Shown piece by piece: positions 42,648-52,528 of a DNA stretch of 64,000 nucleotides. Within the stretch, counting starts at the first letter, position 1, and every line of letters begins with the position of its first letter. The notes beneath the pieces were generated by a model. It saw only the letters and a program-made list of their open reading frames with translations, had not been told where the DNA came from and made no database searches. The DNA is from an uncultured Alphaproteobacteria bacterium (GTDB lineage Bacteria; Pseudomonadota; Alphaproteobacteria; Rs-D84), in assembly GCA_951801825.1 (NCBI GenBank), contig CATOOF010000002.1:100441-164440 (forward strand), read 5' to 3'. The position numbers were made by a program, and so were the translations under genes.

Positions 42648-43299
42648 TAGTCAAGCCGTCGCGTAAAATGTCCGGGTTGTTCATTGGCATACCGTGATGA
42701 ATAATTGTCGGGCCGCGGGTGCCGACGCGGCCGCGAATAATTACGCGTTCGGCCGTGTTTTTTGCCCCGAACAGTGGAAAAATCTCTATATCGCCACATT
42801 TTTGCGCCATTTGGGCAATAACGGTGGCGGCCGTCGCGGCGTCTGTTATTATCGCGAATGTTCCGCGGGGCCTGACCCGGGCCAGGCATTTTTTTGTCCA
42901 CAGGTCTAAATCTGTATTGTGGTGGGCGTTGTGTCGTGCCGGTGTGCCTTTAAAATAAGGGGGATTGGTTATAACCAGGTCGAATGTGCTATCCGTGCGC
43001 CATTTTGTTATGTCGGCGTTTATCAGTTCTATGTCACAGCCGTTAAGGGCCGCGTTTTCCGCGCACTGGGCCAGCATTTGCGGTGATATGTCAATTCCTG
43101 TTATATGTGCGTTGGGCATATGGGCGCCCAGGCACAGTGCGGCGCCCCCGGTGCCGATTCCGACGTCCAGTACGGTTTTTGCGTTTCGCCCCGCCCCGTA
43201 TGCCGCCAGCCACACCGCATCGGATGTGGGATTATAGGTGCCGCGGCGAATGCGTACGCGTCCGCCCATCAGGGTAAAAATATCTTGTTTTTGCGCCAT
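42619..43299 (-). CDS. Class I SAM methyltransferase (tRNA1Val A37 N6-methyltransferase-like)
   Basis: PTSDAVWLA, LDVGIGTG, ITNPPYF; start near ATG 43299/43305. Confidence 0.85.
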   Translation of the reverse strand: MAQKQDIFTLMGGRVRIRRGTYNPTSDAVWLAAYGAGRNAKTVLDVGIGTGGAALCLGAHMPNAHITGIDISPQMLAQCAENAALNGCDIELINADITKWRTDSTFDLVITNPPYFKGTPARHNAHHNTDLDLWTKKCLARVRPRGTFAIITDAATAATVIAQMAQKCGDIEIFPLFGAKNTAERVIIRGRVGTRGPTIIHHGMPMNNPDILRDGLTIDAALSTLG

Positions 43300-43339
43300 T
43301 GGCATATATAATAATTCATCAAAAATAAAAGGCAAGATT

Positions 43340-44347
43340 ATGTTTGATGAAACATTGGTTGTACAAAGTGCGGTCAGCGCGTTTAATAACGCCGCGCTGG
43401 TGGCGCCCACTTTCTTTTGGACGGGCCTGCTGGCGGCGCCGCTGATGGTGCTGGCGTATTTTTACGGGGCAGATTTTTTGCGGCGCATGGGATGGCGTGA
43501 CGATAATGTTGTTACAAATTCTTGCACCTTGACGGTTGCGTTAACGCTGGTGTGGCTGATTATGTTTGGTGGAAATTATGGTGTTCTGCGGGATGCCGCA
43601 TCTGTGTTGCCTTATTGTATTGCCGGTGTTGTGTTTGTATGCAGTGGCCTGATTGGGGCTGTGTCGCGCTCTGTGCCGATGCCGCGTTTGCGCGATATGT
43701 CCTGGCGGTGGCGCGGAATCTGGATGATTTGTTTGGCCTTTGTGGCGTTTGCGGTTGGAATGTCCGGGAATCACACCTGGTGGGGTACTGTGATGCAGAT
43801 AGGTGCATTTGCCGGTGGCGCGCTGATTGGACGCCTGTTTGGGCGTGCCTCTTGGACGGTGCCGGGATGTTTGGCTGTTGTGTGTGCTGTTTCAACGCTG
43901 ATGCTGATGCAACCGGAATTTTTTAGGTTTGGGCAACTGGGGGCGTTGTCGGCGGTGCATCTGGGGGCGCTGGTAATTACCGGCGGCGCCGTTGCCGCAT
44001 TTGCCGCATTATGCTGGGCGCGTCCGGCCGGCCGCATACATCACAGCGCGTATGTTAAGCTGAAATGGATGATGCGATTTGTGACGGCGCTGGCGGTTGT
44101 GCTGTTCATGCTGACGGAATCTGTGCCGGTATTTCTGGGTGCGCTGGGGATGATGTTTTTCATGTTTTTAATGTCTATATGGCATTCCAAGAATATCACA
44201 TGTGGAATTGCGCCGCGAATGTTGGCGGTTGCGCTGGGGCTGTTTGGCCTGATAACCACCATGCCTGTAATAAGCGCGCTGGGGGTTATTATATGGGCGG
44301 CCGCCCCCAAGGATGCGCATTTGCGGGATGCCGGGTTCTTGTTATAA
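43340..44347 (+). CDS. Multi-pass membrane protein of unknown function
   Basis: About 10 hydrophobic segments; start moved to ATG 43340. Confidence 0.75.
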   Translation: MFDETLVVQSAVSAFNNAALVAPTFFWTGLLAAPLMVLAYFYGADFLRRMGWRDDNVVTNSCTLTVALTLVWLIMFGGNYGVLRDAASVLPYCIAGVVFVCSGLIGAVSRSVPMPRLRDMSWRWRGIWMICLAFVAFAVGMSGNHTWWGTVMQIGAFAGGALIGRLFGRASWTVPGCLAVVCAVSTLMLMQPEFFRFGQLGALSAVHLGALVITGGAVAAFAALCWARPAGRIHHSAYVKLKWMMRFVTALAVVLFMLTESVPVFLGALGMMFFMFLMSIWHSKNITCGIAPRMLAVALGLFGLITTMPVISALGVIIWAAAPKDAHLRDAGFLL

Positions 44348-44433
44348 TTTGTTATATTTATTTAATACCAATTATATGCTTGATAATGTATTATTTTAGG
44401 CGAAATAATTACTAAAATAAAGCGAGCAAGCAG

Positions 44434-45234
44434 ATGAGCATACATCCGACCGCCATTATTCATGAAGGCGCAGTGTTGGGCGCCGACTGTAAAATTGGGC
44501 CAAACTGTATTATCGGGCCCAATGTTGTACTGGGTGACCGTGTAGAGTTAATATCAAATGTTATAATTGATGGGCATACGTCCGTCGGGGACGATTCCAT
44601 TGTTTATCCGTTTGCTGTTCTGGGCGTAATGAGCCAGGATTTAAAATGGCAGGACGAGGCGGCCATGACCGGACTGCGTATTGGAAAGCGGTGCCGTATT
44701 CGCGAGTATGTTACAATTCATTCCGGAACACCGGCATCTGATGGTACGGTAATTGGTGATGATTGTCAGATTATGGTAAACGCCCATGTGGGGCATGACT
44801 GCAAAATCGGAAACAGTGTTGTAATGTCCAATTTGGTCCAGGTTGCCGGTCATGTGGAAATAGAAGATTTTGCAATTTTGTCCGGTGGCGTAATGGTGTT
44901 ACAGTTTGCGCGTATTGGACGAAACGCGTTTATCGGCGGGATGTCGGGTGTTGGCAACGATATATTGCCATATGCGATATACGATGGAAATCCGCGTGCT
45001 GTTTATCGTACTATTAATCGCGTCGGATTGATGCGTCACGGATTTACAAACGAAGACATGCATGCGATTCACAGTGTTTATTCGGCTGTTTTCCGTGGCA
45101 CAGAGGGAACCGTGACCGAACGCTTAAACCGTATCCGCAAGGAAGTAAAAAATAATAAATATGCGATGGATGCGATTGATTTTATAGAAAACCGGTCGAA
45201 ACGCGGCATCGGTACATCGAAAAATGCAGAATAA
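44434..45234 (+). CDS. lpxA: UDP-N-acetylglucosamine acyltransferase
   Basis: IHPTAII hexapeptide repeats, QDLK, IREYVTIH-GT, NAHVGHDC. Confidence 0.95.
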   Translation: MSIHPTAIIHEGAVLGADCKIGPNCIIGPNVVLGDRVELISNVIIDGHTSVGDDSIVYPFAVLGVMSQDLKWQDEAAMTGLRIGKRCRIREYVTIHSGTPASDGTVIGDDCQIMVNAHVGHDCKIGNSVVMSNLVQVAGHVEIEDFAILSGGVMVLQFARIGRNAFIGGMSGVGNDILPYAIYDGNPRAVYRTINRVGLMRHGFTNEDMHAIHSVYSAVFRGTEGTVTERLNRIRKEVKNNKYAMDAIDFIENRSKRGIGTSKNAE

Positions 45235-46375
45235 GCCAAAAGTATTTATTATCGCCGGCGAGGTTTCGGGGGATGTTTTGGGTTCTCGGATAATGGCGCA
45301 AATGCCGGATGTGGAATTTGCCGGTATTGGTGGCGAAAATATGACCGCCGCGGGATTGCGGTCATTGTTTCCAATGGCTGATTTGTCTGTTATGGGCGTG
45401 ATAGAGGTTTTGGCGCATGCGCGCACACTGACACGGCGTATAAAGGAAACCGTGGACCAGATAATTCGTATCCGGCCAGACATCGTTTTGACAATAGATT
45501 CACCCGGATTTGCCCGCAGTGTTATTGCGCGTCTGCGCAAAATTCCGGCCGGCCGCGAATTAATTGGCAATGGGTTGAAATTTCATCATGTCGTTGCCCC
45601 CCAGGTTTGGGCGTGGCGCGCGGGGCGTGCAAAAAAATATGCACGCACGTTTGATAAGCTGTATGCTTTTTTTGATTTTGAGGTGCCCTATTTTACGAAA
45701 TATGGACTGGATACTGTTGCGGTTGGGCATCCAATTGCGGATGCGATAATTGGTCAATATGGCAATCCAAAGAAAAATTCATCAGATGAAAAGCTGATAA
45801 CGTTTATCCCCGGCAGCAGAATGTCAGAGGTGCGCCGCCTGATGCCACTGATGCGTGATGTGGCGGAAATTATTGGGCGTTCTGGATATCGTGGGTACAA
45901 GTTTGCGATTCCGACGGTGGAAACCACTGCGGACTATGTTGCGGCCCAGACGGCAAAATGGGATGTGCCGGTGGAGCTGGTGCCGTCGTCTGAGCGGTAT
46001 CAGCTGTATTCGCGGACATATGTGGCCGTCGCCGCCAGCGGAACCGTATCCGCAGAGTTGGCGATGATGCATGTGCCGGCCATAATTGTTTATAAGATGA
46101 ATCCTGTAACGACATGGCTGGTTCGACAGGTCATAAAAATCCGCTGGGTGTCGTTGGTTAATATTTTATTGAACAAGGGCGTTTATCCTGAGTTTTTGGG
46201 TCCGTCGGCGCGTTCTGAATGTGTTATGGATGCATTTGGACAGCTGATTATTCCGTCTGTTCGTGACAAGATGACGGCGGCGCTGCGCTCTGCTGACAAA
46301 CTGTGGCGGCGCGACGGTAATGGGGCGGCGGCGCTGATTGCGGCGGGTGTGCGTGCGGCGATAAAAAATAGCTAA
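45224..46375 (+). CDS. lpxB: Lipid-A-disaccharide synthase
   Basis: IAGEVSGD-LG, IDSPGF, VAPQVWAWR, PGSR-SE, ASGT-SAE. Confidence 0.96.
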   Translation: MQNKPKVFIIAGEVSGDVLGSRIMAQMPDVEFAGIGGENMTAAGLRSLFPMADLSVMGVIEVLAHARTLTRRIKETVDQIIRIRPDIVLTIDSPGFARSVIARLRKIPAGRELIGNGLKFHHVVAPQVWAWRAGRAKKYARTFDKLYAFFDFEVPYFTKYGLDTVAVGHPIADAIIGQYGNPKKNSSDEKLITFIPGSRMSEVRRLMPLMRDVAEIIGRSGYRGYKFAIPTVETTADYVAAQTAKWDVPVELVPSSERYQLYSRTYVAVAASGTVSAELAMMHVPAIIVYKMNPVTTWLVRQVIKIRWVSLVNILLNKGVYPEFLGPSARSECVMDAFGQLIIPSVRDKMTAALRSADKLWRRDGNGAAALIAAGVRAAIKNS

Positions 46376-46430
46376 ATTGATTTGTGGCAAAATAAAAATA
46401 CCCGTAAGTTTTTACGGGCATTTTTTTATT

Positions 46431-49073
46431 TTAGTTCATTCCTTTTGGCAGGTCTGTTTTGCAATCATCCAGCCCCAGGCATACTTGTTGCTGGTTGTTT
46501 ATAAAGACCGGCGGTATCGTGCACCAATTATCAATGGAGTGGTCCTTGCTTTGCAGATGAATAATGTCAACTTTCAGGCCCTGGGTCGTGTCAAAATCAC
46601 ATGTTTCATCGGCTATTTTTGTGCTTGCCACCGGAACCTCTGCGACACATTTGGCGCTTTTGCCCCATTTACTGCGTCGGCCGCCATTTTCCCAGCACAG
46701 GCACGCGCCCCAAGATGCCGTGTCCACATTCAGGCTGTAATCGCGCGGGCACATGTTTTCGTGGTCGCCGATGCCGTATTCCGGAACAAATGGCGCGTAT
46801 ATCGTTTGGCTCGGGTTGGTGCATGTGCCGTCCGGTTTATAGGTGCAGAATGTTGCAAGGCATGCATCGTCGCCGGAGTATACGCCCGGACGTATAAACT
46901 GATATTCAACAAAACGGCCCTGGACGTTTGCGCACTGCGTGTTTAGCGTATCGACTATCTGATTGTAAATCTCGGTCGCAACGCCCGTTGGGCGCAGGTA
47001 TCTGTGCTTTATTGCAGAGTTGTAGGTTGTTTTGTTTTCGCCGTCATTAAGATCCTGGGTTGTCAACAGGCCGTATATGTTGCTTTTTTCGCCGGTCTGG
47101 CTGTCGTCTGTCGCCACCCAGGCCTGGCCGACTGTTTTGTCTTTTTTTGCCTGGGCCAGGAATTTATCAAATCCGCCAAAGGCCTGCTCTATAATTTGCT
47201 GGTCGTTGCATGCGGCAATTTCCGTCAGCTGTTTTGCACATTCTGATTTGTATGCGGCCGGACGTGTTTGGCCGTTGTCGTATGTTACGGTTAAGTCGCC
47301 GTCGACGGTTGTGTCATATAAAGTAAACCAGTCTGGGGCCGCGCCTGACCCGAACAGTCCGCTGTATGGATAATAGAAATTTTCATAACGACTGGCGCCG
47401 TATTTATCAAAGCACTGTTTTACAACCGCGCGGCATGCCGTCAGTGTGTCGGTTTCAGTGCGGTTGTTTATATAATCCTGGACGATGTTTTCATCAAACA
47501 TGTTGTTACAAGAGTTAACATAATCAGTACACAGTTTGTCTGTTAAGACAATGCGATGCGGCTGTACAATGACGCCGGTATCCCCGGTCAGCTCTTTCAT
47601 TGCGGCGGTTATGGATTTGTCGCCGTTCATATAGCATGCGGATACGAAATCAAAGCATCCTTGGCGAATTTCGGCAACTTTTGCCTGCTGGGCATAGAAT
47701 ATGTCCAGCATGGCCTTGTCCAGATAGTCGGCCCAGACGTCGTCTGCCATTTCTGTACATTTATCCAATGCCGGCTGGGCAAATTTTTTTACCCGTTTTT
47801 CAAAATTTTTAACGAACACGGTGTTGCTATGAATCCGGGTCAGCTTCTGGTCGGCGGCATCAACACCGCTGGGGAATGTCAGCAGTTCCCCCAGCTCATA
47901 GAAATTAGCCACGCCGGCGATAGGTGCGCCCGTACTGATGTCTATGAATTCGCCATTATCAAGACATTTGTGGTAATTTGCACCGCATACCTCTTCGCTG
48001 AGTACGGCGGCCTCTACACTGCTAAGACATGCGGCGGCATCGGCGGAGTTATGTTTTTGGCGATTTTCAACGCGTGCCAAATCCAGCATTGCACTGCCCT
48101 CGCGGACGGCTGATTTCATTTGTTTTTGCTTTTCAGAGATTGCAATTTCAACCGTGTTACAGTCTTGTTCTATCGCCATCAGGTATGCGGTAATTGCCCG
48201 CTGTAGCGATGCGTCATTACAGTCTGCCTTTACCGCACTGCGGCACTGGGGATAGACGGCGGAATAAAGGTTTTGGCCGTTATATGATGCGACCGCCTGG
48301 CCCGCATCGGTTACTCCAAATGCGTTTGCCGTGTCAAAAGAAATGTTAATGCTGTTTAAATCTGAATATTTGCCGCCGACGCTGCTGTCGGTGCCGCGTA
48401 TGGAATTCATTATTGCCTGTAACAGCGCCTTGGATGCGGATGTATCTGCGGTTAACGCGTTTTCGCCCTCTGACGGGTTTTTCATTGCGGACGCCTGGGC
48501 GGCAGTCATTCCGACAATGTCCAGATTTTCCGTAAATATGGTCAGTTTTTCGCCCGCCTGTTGTAATGTTTCGCGTTTCTTGGTCAAATCATATACACGA
48601 TTACTGCACGAGCATCTGCGATAGTCGTCATTTTTCAGCGTGCAAAACTGGTCCATGCAGGTAAAGAATGCAGTTTTGCATTGTTCGTACGCCGCACCGG
48701 TGCGGGTTTCAGACATGGATGTTGCGCCACCTGCCGCCGCCGCGCGCGCGACAACGGGCGCTGCGGCTGTGCGTGCAGATACGCCGGCCGCGGTGCGTGT
48801 GCTGACGCGCTGGGGGACATCAGATGCCGTGCCCGACCGGGCCGATATGGTTTGAGTTGTGCGCTGTACTGATGCGGCGCGCGATGTTGATGTCGTGTTG
48901 CGCGGCGTCAAAACAGATGTGCGCGTGGTAAGTGTTTTTTCTGTTGTGGTTGCGCGCTGGGCCGGGGCAGTGTTTGATTTTTGACGTGTCATAGAGTTGC
49001 CGTCGCGCACAGCCGCACGGGCACAGCCCATGGATACAAGGGCAGAAACCGCAAAAATCAGAATTCTTTTCAT
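46431..49073 (-). CDS. Large secreted Cys-rich protein (880 aa)
   Basis: Signal peptide, R/T/A/S-rich linker, repeated helical Cys-paired modules; N-terminal module homologous to 4635-5606. Confidence 0.85.
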   Translation of the reverse strand: MKRILIFAVSALVSMGCARAAVRDGNSMTRQKSNTAPAQRATTTEKTLTTRTSVLTPRNTTSTSRAASVQRTTQTISARSGTASDVPQRVSTRTAAGVSARTAAAPVVARAAAAGGATSMSETRTGAAYEQCKTAFFTCMDQFCTLKNDDYRRCSCSNRVYDLTKKRETLQQAGEKLTIFTENLDIVGMTAAQASAMKNPSEGENALTADTSASKALLQAIMNSIRGTDSSVGGKYSDLNSINISFDTANAFGVTDAGQAVASYNGQNLYSAVYPQCRSAVKADCNDASLQRAITAYLMAIEQDCNTVEIAISEKQKQMKSAVREGSAMLDLARVENRQKHNSADAAACLSSVEAAVLSEEVCGANYHKCLDNGEFIDISTGAPIAGVANFYELGELLTFPSGVDAADQKLTRIHSNTVFVKNFEKRVKKFAQPALDKCTEMADDVWADYLDKAMLDIFYAQQAKVAEIRQGCFDFVSACYMNGDKSITAAMKELTGDTGVIVQPHRIVLTDKLCTDYVNSCNNMFDENIVQDYINNRTETDTLTACRAVVKQCFDKYGASRYENFYYPYSGLFGSGAAPDWFTLYDTTVDGDLTVTYDNGQTRPAAYKSECAKQLTEIAACNDQQIIEQAFGGFDKFLAQAKKDKTVGQAWVATDDSQTGEKSNIYGLLTTQDLNDGENKTTYNSAIKHRYLRPTGVATEIYNQIVDTLNTQCANVQGRFVEYQFIRPGVYSGDDACLATFCTYKPDGTCTNPSQTIYAPFVPEYGIGDHENMCPRDYSLNVDTASWGACLCWENGGRRSKWGKSAKCVAEVPVASTKIADETCDFDTTQGLKVDIIHLQSKDHSIDNWCTIPPVFINNQQQVCLGLDDCKTDLPKGMN

Positions 49074-49195
49074 CTCTGTTAAAAATATTAGCAAAAAAAA
49101 GAATTTCAGGGCAAGCGATTTTATTTGCCAACATATCCGGAACGAGATTTGTTTCTCATGGAATCTGACGTATTGAACAATGTATAATTAATGAC

Positions 49196-49807
49196 ATGAA
49201 AAAATCAAGATTAGAAGCTTTCAGCGACGGCCTGTTTGCGGTTGCGATAACAATAATGGTTCTGGCACTGACGGTGCCGCATGGTGTGACACTGGGGGCG
49301 CTGCGCGGATTGATTCCGCTGTTCCTAAGTTATGTTTTAAGTTTTGTATATGTTGCCGTATTTTGGATAAATCATCATCATTTGCTGGCGGCGACCCGGC
49401 GCATAAACGGCCTTGTGTTGTGGGGAAATCTGCTTTTTTTATTCTGGGTGTCGCTGATTCCGTTCTTTACCGCGTGGGTTGATGAAAATCATGCCGCACC
49501 GGTACCAGTTGCCGCATATGGTATAGTGTTGATGATGTGCTTTATTACATATCGGGTGCTGGAAATACTGCTGATACGCGCACATGATTCCAATGCGGTA
49601 ATCGTTCGCGCACTGCGCCCCGGGCGTCGTGAGAATCCGACCATAGCGGCATTTGCTGTTGCAATACTGATGGCGGCGGTTCATCCGTTCGTTTCTCTTG
49701 GGATTTATATTTTGATTGCAATTGTGTGGATTCGGCCGCATCCCCGGCTGGAAAAAGTTTTGGGCTATGGCGATATTTGCGATACTGATACAGATGCGCA
49801 AAAATAA
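49196..49807 (+). CDS. TMEM175/DUF1211-family K+ channel
   Basis: RLEAFSDGLFAVAITIMVL signature, FW--HH, NLLFLFWVSLIPF. Confidence 0.92.
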   Translation: MKKSRLEAFSDGLFAVAITIMVLALTVPHGVTLGALRGLIPLFLSYVLSFVYVAVFWINHHHLLAATRRINGLVLWGNLLFLFWVSLIPFFTAWVDENHAAPVPVAAYGIVLMMCFITYRVLEILLIRAHDSNAVIVRALRPGRRENPTIAAFAVAILMAAVHPFVSLGIYILIAIVWIRPHPRLEKVLGYGDICDTDTDAQK

Positions 49808-49871
49808 TTTGCCCCGAATGATTTTTCTTGTTGCAAAACGTGGAAACATAAGATAATATATCGCTTACCGT

Positions 49872-49958
49872 GCGGATATGGCGGAATTGGTAGACGCGCT
49901 AGTTTCAGGTACTAGTGGCAGCAATGCCTTGGAAGTTCGAGTCTTCTTATCCGCACCA
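49872..49958 (+). tRNA. tRNA-Leu(CAG)
   Basis: Cloverleaf with long variable arm; anticodon loop ttcaggt; encoded CCA. Confidence 0.95.
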
Positions 49959-49967
49959 AGAAGTTTT

Positions 49968-50043
49968 GGGGTTGTAGCTCAGTTGATAGAGCGCTACGTT
50001 CGCATCGTAGAGGTCGTGGGTTTGAGTCCCATCAGCTCCACCA
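49968..50043 (+). tRNA. tRNA-Ala(CGC)
   Basis: Anticodon loop ttcgcat; G3:U70 identity pair; A73; CCA; non-canonical D and T loops. Confidence 0.9.
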
Positions 50044-50284
50044 ATATAAAGCATGTAAAATCAATAAGTTGCACAAAATAAGAAAGACGGCAGAAATGCC
50101 GTCTTTAATTTTTATCAACACTATATCAACAAATCGGAAGAAAAAATTTCTTGCACCAGAAAACAAAAGTAAATACATTTTGTGGATTTTATATCCCTGC
50201 CCCCCCCCCCAGTGACGTGCCATGGTACCTTTTGTTTGGTCTTTTGGTATTTACAATGGGGTAAATTCCTGATATAATACAAAT

Positions 50285-50480
50285 GAATCCAATGGGAATT
50301 GGGTTCGGGGTCTTTCAAAACCCATACGATACGGCGTGTGTTGCGTCGTAATCCGATTATGCCTGACCGCAAGGTCGGGTGTCTGTTGTTATATAACAGG
50401 CTTGTCCAAAAGCAACAGGGTCATTTATCGTATGATTTTGAAAACGCCCGACCGCCATTCCTTTGGCGGTTTAATTTTAT
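50285..50480 (+). promoter_or_regulatory. Structured leader/attenuator RNA, copy E4 (divergent sequence, same architecture)
   Basis: Promoter TTTACA (50250), 17 bp, TATAAT (50273); HP1 50285-306; HP4 cctgacc-gcaa-ggtcggg; long-range pairs 50313-20/50436-43 and 50324-31/50426-33; antiterminator 50373-82/50444-53; terminator accgcca/tggcggt + T-rich tail. Confidence 0.7.
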
Positions 50481-50494
50481 CTTGGGAGAATTTT

Positions 50495-50914
50495 ATGAAC
50501 TATGCAAATGTGCCCATAGACACACAGCTGGCTTTTGTTTTGCCTGGGTGGCTAATACTTGGACTATTCTCGTTTTCCGTTGTTGCATGTATCGCTTTTG
50601 CTTGTGCCACCAGAAAATATGTCCGAGAAATAAAAGAAAACTTTCCACGACTTAACATCAAAATAAACGTCATACTGTTTGGGTTGATGTTTTTAGCGTG
50701 GTTTGCGCAAATTGCTACATATGTAGAGCTTGCTGTTCGTGGACATGTAGGAATTGGGTGGTTGCATTTCTTTGCTGCAAAGTATTTTATCGCTAGGTCA
50801 ATCGTATTGAATTATTCCGAGCAAGGCTATATCCACAAAACAATTCTGATTTACGCAATAGTGTATATTATTCTATATGCTTGCGGTTTTATATTGGGAG
50901 GGCTGTTATGGTAA
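50495..50914 (+). CDS. Small membrane protein (AT-rich)
   Basis: 3-4 TM segments; RBS gggag; start moved to ATG 50495 after the E4 terminator. Confidence 0.7.
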   Translation: MNYANVPIDTQLAFVLPGWLILGLFSFSVVACIAFACATRKYVREIKENFPRLNIKINVILFGLMFLAWFAQIATYVELAVRGHVGIGWLHFFAAKYFIARSIVLNYSEQGYIHKTILIYAIVYIILYACGFILGGLLW

Positions 50915-51255
50915 TATTTATCTTTATCATGATATTGTTGGGTCTAGCTATGGTGGCGGCAATATTAGAAGACTATGGCGCAGATATATTGGACACAATA
51001 CAACGTACTTGGCGAGTTATATTACCGAAGAACAAAGGGGCTCAGCGGCTGTGCTTTGTTTTAAGTATAACATTATCGGTCGTAGCATTTATTGAAATCC
51101 CAAAACATTCCGGAATTAGTGATATTATTTGCGGCGGCAAAAGGTCTTGCCATATTTTTGGCGAACCGAGCTGGATAACCGCCGTTGGTGCGTTTTGTGT
51201 GCCATTCGTTGTGGCAAAAATTGTTGAATTTATTATCAATGGATTTAGAGAATAA
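50908..51255 (+). CDS. Small membrane protein (AT-rich)
   Basis: 3 hydrophobic segments; overlaps the upstream stop. Confidence 0.6.
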   Translation: MVIFIFIMILLGLAMVAAILEDYGADILDTIQRTWRVILPKNKGAQRLCFVLSITLSVVAFIEIPKHSGISDIICGGKRSCHIFGEPSWITAVGAFCVPFVVAKIVEFIINGFRE

Positions 51256-51257
51256 TA

Positions 51258-51674
51258 ATGAAAATATCTATATTTTTTATGTGCTTGTTTACAATTCCAG
51301 CATGTGGCGTAGAATACGAAAGAAAAGAACCAACAGTCAGAGTCGTATCTTCGTCTTATGGATTAAACGGCGACAGAATGTCAAATAATGTAGTGCAACA
51401 GCTGGATATAATTATTGAGAGTCTATTAGAACGGCCACCACAGGTACCTATTAGGCACTCCAGAATGGTTTGCTTATTAAAAAAATCAGAAACCGCCCTT
51501 TTTGGGCGGTTTAGTGTTTATTTGCTGATATACCATTCAACAGTTTTGACAATACCGGTGTCGAATGTTTCATCCGCGCGCCAGCCCAGCTCTGTTTCCA
51601 GTTTTGTTGCATCAATCGCATATCTGAAATCATGCCCGGCACGGTCCGCAACAAATGTAATTTGCTCTGCGTAA
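51258..51674 (+). CDS. Small secreted or lipoprotein-like ORF; 3' part probably not real
   Basis: Signal-like N-terminus (FTIPAC). The ORF reads through the hairpin at about 51490-51512 and overlaps rfbB antisense by 157 nt. Confidence 0.4.
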   Translation: MKISIFFMCLFTIPACGVEYERKEPTVRVVSSSYGLNGDRMSNNVVQQLDIIIESLLERPPQVPIRHSRMVCLLKKSETALFGRFSVYLLIYHSTVLTIPVSNVSSARQPSSVSSFVASIAYLKSCPARSATNVICSA

Positions 51675-52528
51675 CTGCGGCCGTCTGGACGCGGGCGCTT
51701 TTCGTCCAATATGTTACAGATTGTTTTTACAATGGTAATATTATTACGTTCGTTCCGTCCGCCGATATTATAAGTTTCGCCGGCACGGCCCTGGTGGAAT
51801 ATTAAATCAATTGCCTTGGCGTGGTCCAGAACGTATAGCCAGTCACGAATGTTTTCGCCGCGCCCGTATATAGGCAGGCTTTCGCCCGCCAGGGCCTTTG
51901 ATATAATATGTGGAATCAGTTTTTCATTATGCTGCTTGGGGCCATAGTTGTTCGAACAGTTAGATGTCGTGACATTCAACCCAAACGTGTGGTGGTATGC
52001 GCGAACTATAAAGTCCGAGCTGGCCTTGGATGCGGAATACGGACTGTTGGGGGCGTACGGCGTTGTTTCTGTAAACATCCCGTTTTCGCCCAGTGTTCCG
52101 TATACTTCGTCTGTGGATATGTGATGAAAGCGCGCGTCTTCATAGCCGGGCTTTACCCTGCCCGGCCCGTCCATCCAATGACGGAACGCAACATCAATAA
52201 GATTGAATGTTCCTTCGATGTTTGTTTTTATAAATGCGCCCGGATTTTTTATAGAGTTGTCAACATGGCTTTCGGCGGCAAAGTGAATTACGCCGCGGAT
52301 GTCGTGTTCGCGGAACAGCTGTTCTATTAGCTGGCGGTCACAGATGTCGCCGCGGATGAATGTATAGTTCGGCATATCTGCGCATTCGGCCAGGTTGTCC
52401 AGATTGCCTGCATATGTCAGCTTGTCCAGGTTTATAATGTGATAGTCGGGATATTTGGCCGCAAAATACGGAACAAAGTTGGCGCCGATAAATCCGGCGC
52501 CCCCGGTAACTAGAATTGTTTTAGGCAT
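51518..52528 (-). CDS. rfbB: dTDP-glucose 4,6-dehydratase
   Basis: VTGGAGFIG, HFAAESHVD, HISTDEVYG, YSASK. Confidence 0.97.
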   Translation of the reverse strand: MPKTILVTGGAGFIGANFVPYFAAKYPDYHIINLDKLTYAGNLDNLAECADMPNYTFIRGDICDRQLIEQLFREHDIRGVIHFAAESHVDNSIKNPGAFIKTNIEGTFNLIDVAFRHWMDGPGRVKPGYEDARFHHISTDEVYGTLGENGMFTETTPYAPNSPYSASKASSDFIVRAYHHTFGLNVTTSNCSNNYGPKQHNEKLIPHIISKALAGESLPIYGRGENIRDWLYVLDHAKAIDLIFHQGRAGETYNIGGRNERNNITIVKTICNILDEKRPRPDGRSYAEQITFVADRAGHDFRYAIDATKLETELGWRADETFDTGIVKTVEWYISK

